Below are positions 54,909 through 64,000 of a stretch of 64,000 nucleotides of DNA, piece by piece. The position numbers and the translations under genes are program-made. The stretch comes from Mytilus edulis (taxonomy: Eukaryota): NCBI RefSeq assembly GCF_963676685.1, contig NC_092353.1, positions 17,236,001 to 17,300,000 of the forward strand, read 5' to 3'. The notes beneath the pieces were generated by a model. The model saw nothing but the letters and a program-made list of their open reading frames with translations, was not told where the DNA came from and searched no databases. Each line of letters starts with the position of its first letter. The stretch's first letter is position 1.

Positions 54909-57437
54909 ACGTTATTGATGTCATTTAAGACATTCATGTATAAGCGCTAAAAGACGTGGACACGTTTCGGCGAATAAAAATTATTAGACACGTTTAGGAG
55001 TTATGAAATTGGACACGTTTGGGCAAACTTGAATATTACGGACACGTTTGGGGGGAGGGGGTAGATACGTTTGGGTGAATCGAACACGTTTGGCGGGAAG
55101 GACACGTTGGGAGTGTTACATATATGAATATCTTTTTTACCGATACGAACAATATATAATTGTATTGCATTGAAAATGCATATCCGTTTAATTTTGGTAA
55201 AGGATCGATAAGTTTACACTTTAATATCTAAACTATGGGCTGCATAAAAATGATTATGATGTGACAGGTATACCCAAACCTTTGTATCTTTCCTTTTTGA
55301 ATATTTTACTCAGAGTTCAGTATTTTTTTTTTTTATTTGACTTTTTATCCACTTAAAACTGCAAGTTTTTTTTTCGTCTGTGAAGTAACTTTTTTGCTTC
55401 ATTTCACTAAATCAGACACAGAGTTAAAGTCTATATTATAATTTGCTATACTTTCTAAACCAATATTACCAAAAAGTCATTAGACTTAATATAAATGACA
55501 GTATAGCTCTCTTTTTATTATCCGGAAAATTGTCTTCATTCATACAAATTTTTATCTGACATAAATCAAAGTACCTCAGTATTATTTTTCAAAAATAAAA
55601 AGAATTGATTATTTCCCCTCTTTATAATCAATATTCAATGTTATTTAATCTTCACTTGAATAAAAGATATTAGTTGATAAGAAATCCATAGAAACTGTGA
55701 CGAAAAGTTTTGTGAACAAGTAAGTTTTCTATTTTGTAAGTTTTCTCGTTTAAAAAAGCTTTTTAATAAGGTACCAAGACCTTGTTGAAAAATATTCCGT
55801 ATCAACTTCACAAATAATACATGATGGGCTTGAAGTATAAGTTTTAGGTACTGACGTTGTTTGTCATCTTATGTATGTGTTATAGTGTTCCTTTATTTGT
55901 CTCTATAAATTAACATCAACCTTAACTTTTTAGTCCACTTATGTTAATAACACAGGTTATACATCCCACCATTGTGTTACTGTGCTGTGGTTATATTTGT
56001 ATTCTTGTCTTTCGTTTTTGTTCATGTACTTTGCCTATATGACATTTTGTTTTTCTTTTTTGACATATTTGGTTGTTGGTATAGTGATTAAGACTATAAC
56101 ACAATGAGAACTGCTTTGCCCCTTTTTTGTCATTTTTACCAAGTATCTATCTGTTTGTTTTGTGTACACATTGTAATGCGACCTCATACAAGTGAGAGGT
56201 CTAGCTAGCTATAAATCAAAGTAAATCCGCCACTTTCTACATTAAGATATTGCTGTATAGCAAGTCACGGGTAAGTCTCGTAAAGACGAAATACGGGTCT
56301 TGCGTACACATTTTGAATTATGGTATCTAGAAATAGTTTATTCACAACCGCAGGGTCGATGCACCTGCTCTTCCAACCGAGAGGATCACCAGCTCAATAG
56401 TCAGAACTTCATGGTCATAATTATAAATTGCCTGGTTAAAAAACATTTCGAAGTACTAAACTTAGTATTTTTTACCACAGGAATAGATTACCTGTATTTA
56501 GCAAAATGTTAAGGAATTTTAGGTCCTCAATACTCTTCAACTTTGTACTTTATTTGGCTTTTTGAGTTATTGAATAAAGCGTTACTGATGAGTCTTGGGT
56601 AGACAAAAAGCACTTCCAGCGGACAAAATTTAAATTCTGGTATCTATTACGAGTTAATATACAACCACTGGGTCGATGACACTCTTGGTGGAGATCTTTT
56701 CACCGAAGGTATAACCTAATAATGTCATAATTATAAATTAACTGTTTACAAAGTTTGAATGTCGAAATCAAGGATTTTCTACCTATGCATAGATTTCATT
56801 AGCTGAATTTTGAGAATTTCGGATCAGCAATCCTCTTAAATTTAGAACCTTTTTGCCTTTATAACCTTTATTAATTTGAACGTCACTGATGTGTTTTGTG
56901 TTGACGAAACGCTCGTCTGGCTAACATAATTTCGATCCTGGTATCTTTGAGGATTTTGATTTATATAGATATGTCTTATTTTGATTCTTTGTCATGTTTA
57001 ATAATAAATACTTCATATTTTTAATAATATCCAACGACATGAGATCTAGAACTGCATGAAGATGTATTTTACTAACAGAAATTCCAATAATTAAAATTTA
57101 CTACTTTCCTCAAGCTCGAGTTCATTGCACATTATATTTTTTCTCTGTTCATCTATTAAAAGAAGCAATGTAATCATAGCAAAACTTATTTCAAGGTTTT
57201 TTTTTATTTTTCTGTGTTTTAACTTTATCGTGGTGAAGTTTTCTTTGCAGGATTTGCATACTAAAAATACTTTCTGTTGAGTGTTTCGGCATGTTTTGGT
57301 TCTCGATAAAGACCATAGCAACCTCTGTATCTCTTTTTTAATTGACTTTTGCGGTTGGATTTCTACATATATGTATATTTTATTTAAAGAAATTCAGAAA
57401 CGGCGGTCAGATCATCACTAGAATATTTCTGTCAAAC

Positions 57438-60400
57438 ATGGATTCTAAAAATAACCAGGTCAATCCAAATTCTCAAGACTATAATCAGCACCCAAATGCT
57501 TCAAGCTATAACCAAGCGCCATCGTCTCAGTCTATGCAAAGGTACGACCAAGTACCGCAACAACAACAACAGTCGTCAACTACTGTTGTTATTGCACAGC
57601 CACAACAGCTTCGTAACCCACTTTTACTTGTAGACAGACACGGTATCAGGGACTGGTCTACTGGAATATTTGATTGCTGTTCTGATGTCGGAAATTGTAT
57701 GTAACTAAACATTAAGTTTAAACTTGATATTAAGACAATGGAAATTAAAATTAAAATGTTACATATCAAAAGCACGAATCTACCTAGTAGTACTGTTTTC
57801 CTTGCAAGACGACTTTCACTAGATTTGGCACCACAATTTTTTTTATTTTTTAATTTGATTTGACCTTCGAACATATGTTTTATTCGAGCGCTATTGATAA
57901 TGAAGACTAAACATGTCTGTCGTACTATATTATCAGGATGTATTTGTGCTATATTAGAATAATGAGATACTTAGTCATTTTAAATTTTGTATATTGAATC
58001 ACATAAAACCAGACATGAAATGCTAATACATTATACATCATGCATTATAATACCGATTTTAAAAATTTTTTAAGTAAAAAGTTTAAATAAGGTAAATAAA
58101 AAGTGATGTGTGATAGACATTGTCAATTTTCACATGCTTGACTGGACATGTTTTAATTATTATTGTTTTTATTTTTTGTTTTGTTATTTCAGGTTTGTTC
58201 ACATTTTGTTGTTGTTCTTGTGCTATGGCATCTTTAGCATCGCGTCTTGGTGAATGTTGTTGTACTATGTGCTGTGTTCCTGCCGCACCAATAAATATGA
58301 GGACCAGAATAAGGACCATGGGTGGAATAAGAGTAAGTTTAGTTATTTCAAAACAATAAAACTGGAATTAACTTATACTGACATCAAGTTGCTAACTTTT
58401 AATTCATTTTGTCTTTGGGTGATAGGCGTATGAGAATTTATGTCATTGTTAATCATACTACATCTAATTTTTTAATATATATTATATTATATTAGATCAT
58501 GTATTCTTACGATCTGACGAGAAAACATTCAAATTTCTTTTGATAAAAGTATTTTATGATACTAAGTAACATTGATAACAGACATATCTGTTTTTGGTAG
58601 TAAGTGTACTAGAAAGTTTATTTCGGATCAATATCTTTTATATTAGTTTTAACAAAACAGTCTATCGAAGTCACAAATAGTAAAAAGTTACATAATAAAT
58701 GCATACTTCCTGCATGCATAATATATATAGATTTAAAATTCCAAATATGTTTAGTTAAATATGTTTAGTTATAACTTATTATCTGAGAGACTAAAATTCT
58801 GTTTACGTCATAAAATAAAGAAATGGTGAATTTTTCAAATGTAAAAACCATATCAGAGAGACGAAAGATGTCAAATAATATAAAAAGATAAAATATCTTT
58901 AGGAATAACGGTATAATGTTTTAACCATTACTTCCAAAGTGCTGCAGAAACCAAAATAACTCAGTTTGTCAAAATTACATTGACATAAAAAGTAGAAATA
59001 CAAAGGAATAGGTCCGGTAAGGGCCGATTTCGGCCTCAATTTTCAAGTTCATCTAACGAAAGATTTTAGACACTTTCTAAACACTTAAGTGTCTATTTAA
59101 ATTGATTCAATTAGTTAATGGGGAAGATTTTAACTTAATAAGTCATTTAAAACGCCCCGATTCAAGCTTAAATATGAAAAATCTATCAAATATGCCAAAA
59201 ATCGTCACTTTTCAGATGGTTTTCGTCAAAAATGAAAGTGGCCGCATTCGTGTTCATCCTCAACCTTTATATATATTATGTATTATCATCAAATACAACT
59301 TACATTTCAATATTATGAATTAACACGAATGCGGCCACTTTCATTTCAGACGGAAACCGTCTAAAATTTAACTAAAATGCTACAATTGTGAAGATTTCAG
59401 TTATTTAACATGACTTAATGATGCTAGTACCCGATATATGTGCATTGTTTTGTCAAAAACGGCCCATATTTATGTAGCAGAAGCATTCTACTTTGCAATA
59501 AATATCTAAACGATTACATTTTCACAATTTTCTAAAACTGCTATATTTTGAGGCCAAAAAGGGGTCTTACTGAACCTACTCCTTTTATATCAATTCATGT
59601 CATTGATTACCTACAAATAAAGTTCAATAACTAAATTTGACATAAAAGACATTTTAGATTGTACGGTTGAAAATGATTTCGTAATACTATGAATTGTTAC
59701 GGGTACTTTCTAGGAAAGTTAATCAGAAGCCTAGAATCAATTTCATATGAAACAAGATCTTCGTACCCTTTTAATATATTTCAAGATATTTAAGTTTAAG
59801 CTAAACAAAATACATAAAATTTGTACAACCATACATGAATGTCTCGCTACATTGAAGACCTGTTAGTGACCTTCTGCTGTTGTTTTTTCTATGGTCGGGT
59901 TGTTGTCTCTTTGACACATTCCCCATTTCCATTCTCAATTTTGTGTCTAGAAAACTATTTGATTTGTACAAAGATAATTTGTTGTGCATTGCTTTTGAAT
60001 CCATCGTATATATATAATCCGAAATATATTAAATGTTAACCTCAAACCGCAAAAAGTATAGTTACACTATACAATATTTTGAACAAAGCTAAGAATCAAG
60101 TAAACAAATATACCAATATTTAGATTGATAAGAGTAATGCGCTGAAAGAAATTAATTTTGTTATGTTAATTATTTAACTGAGATATCTGCTTGTTTCTAA
60201 TCAAATTTGAAGAAGAAAAAAAAATAGCATATAAAAACCAAATTCGACATTTGCAAACCAATTCTTCGTTGAGAGTTAACGACAGTCTATTTATTCCTTT
60301 TCTAATAACATGTTGGTACGACTATTTGCTTTTTGCCGTCGATAAGGAAATGCTTTAAAAAAATATACAATTTTAGTTACAATCAAAAGTGAATAATGTT

Positions 60401-60903
60401 TGTTATAAATAGGACATAGTTCAAGTAAAAGCAACAATAGTATAACGATGTTCAAAACGTATAAATCGATAGAAAAAAACAAATCCGGGTCACAAACCAA
60501 AACCGAGGGAAACGCATTAAATATAAGAGGAGAATGACGACACAACATTAAAATGTGACACAAACAGAAACGAACTAAGCATTAGACAAAATTCGATGAG
60601 AATAACAAATATAACATCAAAACTAAATACATGGGTTTGGGATCTTTTCTCTAATGATTGGATAGAAAAAATGGAGATATGATTCAAAAGAGATCTGACA
60701 GGTTCACCAAAATTATCGTGTGGTGTATGGTTTTATCAAAAATAGATCTTTCATGCAGTTTAACAAGTGCAGATATTACTTGATATATACTTATGTAATG
60801 TACTTTGTAGGGCGACATGTGTAATGATTGTTTGACAGTTTCGTGCTGTTATATGTGTGCAGCATGTCAAGAAGCGAGGGAACTGAAGAATATGGGATTA
60901 TAA
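57438..60903 (+). CDS. Cornifelin/PLAC8-family protein, copy 5 (163 aa)
   Basis: Exons 57438-57696, 58193-58332 and 60811-60903. WSTGIFDCCSD, FCCCSC, GDMCNDC...[18 protein letters not shown]. Confidence 0.9.
59003..59584. mobile_element. MITE (Kolobok-like termini) with an internal palindrome
   Basis: aaggaataggtccggtaagggccgatttcggcctcaa...ttgaggccaaaaaggggtcttactgaacctactcctt. Internal inverted pair aaatgaaagtggccgcattcgtgtt / aacacgaatgcggccactttcattt (~59229-59346). Confidence 0.75.
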
Positions 60904-61507
60904 GAAATATTTTAGAAGTGTTGTTTTATAAGCAGAATACTATTGTATTACATTCAAAAATTTAAACTCGTTTATTTGTTGCTTTATTATTTAAGTCTTT
61001 ACCTACATAGATGTATTTTTTGCTAAGGTTTTCTTTTTATCTAATGATCAATTTGAAATAAAATAAGATTTGTTATAATTGTCAAAAAAAATATTTACAA
61101 AACACCGAATTCCTGACAAAATCAAATATTGCACTGTATCCTCCCAAAGAACATATGGAAAACCCCCTTTATATTTTTGACTTGTTATATACATTTTCAG
61201 GTTTTTTAGCTGGCGAAAGCTCGAAACACAATTGTTGATCGTTTTCTTATATTGACAAAATTAAAAACAGACAGAAATGTACAAAATACAAATCCTGCAA
61301 CTAAAAACAATGTATATATACGAAAACAACTGACACTTCAGACACACATACCAGTCAACCCGACAAGATGCCAGCCAAGAACCGTTTTTGTAGTTGATAT
61401 TATATACAGTATAGTAAAAACATTTTACATACATACTCCCGATATTAATGATTAAGTAAATGAAGGCAACTAATAGTTTATCAAAGGTACCAGGATTTTA
61501 ATTTAGT

Positions 61508-61551
61508 ACGCCAGACACGCGTTTCGTCTACATACGACTCATCAGTGACGC
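61508..61551 (-). ncRNA. Minimal type I hammerhead ribozyme, intact core
   Basis: Reverse complement: GCGUCA-CUGAUGA-GUC guaugua GAC-GAAA-C gcgu GUC-UGGCGU. Confidence 0.75.
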
Positions 61552-62712
61552 TCATATCAAAATATCTATAACGCCAAACAAGTACAAAGTTGAAGAGCAT
61601 TTAGGATCCAAAATTTCAAAAAACAATAGTTTATCGGTCATGTCAGTGTTCAAAAGTCATAAATCGATTGATAGAAAACAAACTAGGGAAACACATTAAA
61701 TATCAGTCGACACAACATGCAACCTGTAGGACAACAATAAACATATTCCACCACGGACAAACACCACAGAATATTAAAAACCAGTGACGTGCTTACGTAA
61801 TTGACATGCAGACTCGAACGTTATGCAATTATTTTCATAATATAAAACCTTAGACATTTTTTAATTCAAAATTGAAGTCAGTTTATAAGCTATAAAAGGC
61901 CCCATGTAATAAGATATAAATCAATATAAAAGAGAAAAATCAGCGGCCTTGTTGATGAATGAAACAATAAACGAAAGCAAATTGATAGACAACGATTAAC
62001 GAAAACAAGTAAATTACAGCCTCCTAACTATAAATAGCCATATGCAGAATGTTATGAGATTAAAGATATCTGCGAGCATTCAATTTATAATAAGAAACAC
62101 AAATTGTCGATATAATAATCTTACATAGTTTTTTTTACGCGAAGGTGAAACATTCGGCCAGTAATTTTACTTGAATCGACACAGTTATTGTAATAGCCCA
62201 TCAAAAATACAAAGCTTATTTTTTTGTAATTCAGCTATGCGTAAATATAGTTGCTTCTAGGACCAAAACATTGTGCCAAATACCGTAAAGGCAATCTATG
62301 GAGGGGAATAGAAAAACCTAATTGTTTGAATAATCGAACCAATGAACTGAAATGAACAACGTTATAAACTTATAATATCCTAAATGAGCACGTTGCATTA
62401 CACATTTGAGATCAATTTCTGTTGATATAGAGTTCAGGTATGATGATGGGAATGCTTTACGACCTTTACTGGTAGTACAGCTCGTGCACGGTCGGTAAAT
62501 TACAGGTATAATGATGGAAGATTTTAACGTACTTGACTGGCTATGCAGCCCTTGCATGGTTGGTAATTTTAGGTAGACTATCTGTATACCACTATCTTTG
62601 TTTCAAAATTAATAGTACACATCAGTGTAGTTTTATGTTAAAATCTGCAAAATTTGAGAAAGCAATTTAAGTATAAATCTGTTTATTCAAATAAGAAATT
62701 GAATAATGTTAA

Positions 62713-64000
62713 TATAAAAAAGAAGATGTGGTATTATTGCCAATGAGACAACTATCCACAAAAGACCAAAATGACACAGACATTAACAACTATAGGTCAC
62801 CGTACGGCCTTCAACAATAGGCAAAGCCCATACCGCATAGTCAGCTATTAAAGGCCCCGATAAGACAATGTAAAACAATTCAAACGAGAAAACTAACGGC
62901 CTTATTTATGTAAAAAAAAAGAACGAAAAACAAATATGCAACACATAAACAAACGACAACCACTGAATTACAGGCTCCTGACTTGGGACAGGCACATACA
63001 TAAATAATGTGGCGGGGTTAAACATGTTAGCGGGATTCCAACCCTCCCCTAACCTGGGACAGTGGTATAACAGTACAACATAAGAACGAACTATAAAAAT
63101 CAGTTGAAAAAGGCTTAACTCATCAGATGGACAAAAATACAAGTGGACGTGGCCCGGTACTTATACATCCCGACATAAAAAGACACAATGAACAGATCTG
63201 AGAGTACTCGTAGTTATCTGACAGCTAGTTCAAAGCCACTAACAACTAATAAGAAAATCATGCAACTAAGACTAAATCTGTACACATCCACATCCAACAT
63301 CCAATGGATTTAGTATAAAGACATCATACACAGCCAGAGAAAAACATGACCTTGTGCAATGCCAAGTTACAGGTATCGACAGATTGTAGATCCATGAATA
63401 TGTATATACATATAACATACTAGGAATATTTAGTTAGCTTTTTTAAATTTTGCTGATAGCAAAATCAATATTCATACCAATAAAAACAATATTGATCTTA
63501 TTACAGTGTTGAAAAGGTAACCTTTTAGAATAAGTTTATTTAAAGGAGCGACAAGTTTACATGGATCATTTCTAAATTTCCGGGCACGGTTAACATCATT
63601 TCCGTAAAATTTAGGATGTGCTATCCCGTTTGAAATAAGTTTTCTACAGGTGCAACCAAACTTCAAAACCAAATCTTTATATCTATGGAAAAATTTAGTA
63701 AAGGTTTTAAGTAATTTATGGTAACGATATCCCTGGTTTAATAATTTACCAGTAATACATAGGTTGTGTTCGTTAAAATCAAAAACGTCACATTAGACAC
63801 GGGCATAGCGAACAAGTTGTGAAATATAAACACCGTAAGATGGTGCCAAAGGAACATCACCATCTAAAAATGGAAAATTAACAATAGGGAACGAAAAATC
63901 GTCTCTTTTGTCGTAAATTTTAGTGTGGAGTTTCCCGTTTAAAACCGAAATATTTAAATCCAAGAAAGGACAGTTATTACAGAATAAATTTGATTTATTT
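62713..64000 (-). mobile_element. Penelope-like retroelement 3' portion: RT C-terminus plus ~750-nt non-coding tail with twister-like motif
   Basis: CPFLDLNISVLNGKLHTKIYDKRDDFSFPIVNFPFLDGDVPLAPSYGVYISQLVRYARV...GYRYHKLLKTFTKFFHRYKDLVLKFG, ending near 63472. The tail ends catcttcttttttat. Confidence 0.8.
62971..63056 (-). ncRNA. Twister-like ribozyme, type P5 permutation (family A)
   Basis: Near-identical to 23951-24036, with all predicted pairings retained. Confidence 0.72.

Larger units (their letters stand above)
50842..55120. mobile_element. Matching inverted transposon ends (TGTAACA...TGTTACA) with subterminal aaacgtgtcc repeats
   Basis: 50842-50900 is the approximate reverse complement of ~55040-55120. 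No clear TSD, so it is uncertain that these are two ends of one element. Confidence 0.5.

Noticed and set aside
63085-63135. CUGAUGA on the minus strand upstream of the family A twister (also near 24100) as a hammerhead
   Set aside because: A weak stem II (GUU/AAC) is followed by UGAU rather than GAAA, and I found no convincing stem III or stem I. At most a relic.
62713-63470. SECIS element or selenoprotein coding in the PLE (reported for some Naiad elements)
   Set aside because: I could not identify a convincing SECIS fold or a conserved in-frame UGA by eye; it needs SECISearch on a full-length consensus.

Overview
AT-rich, intron-containing animal DNA, most likely a bivalve such as Mytilus (inferred from the repeat families). 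Genes, all on the + strand: the last three coding exons of a USP16/USP45-type deubiquitinase (1113-2841), then five intact head-to-tail cornifelin/PLAC8-family genes (15055-60903), each with three coding exons at identical intron phases. The rest is mostly mobile DNA: Helentron-type HINEs with internal satellites, Kolobok-like and other MITEs, a decayed PHD-APE-RT LINE with a 2A-like peptide, a DIRS/Ngaro relic, Penelope-like (PLE) RT fragments and a 41-bp minisatellite. The most striking signal is non-coding. There are about 15 copies of a minimal type I hammerhead ribozyme in a ~361-nt retrozyme-like repeat. There are also two families of circularly permuted (type P5) twister-like ribozymes, with compensatory base changes between families, at the 3' end of PLE-derived elements and sometimes next to a hammerhead on the same strand. 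All ribozyme and family calls are by eye from remembered consensus structures; none was computed.
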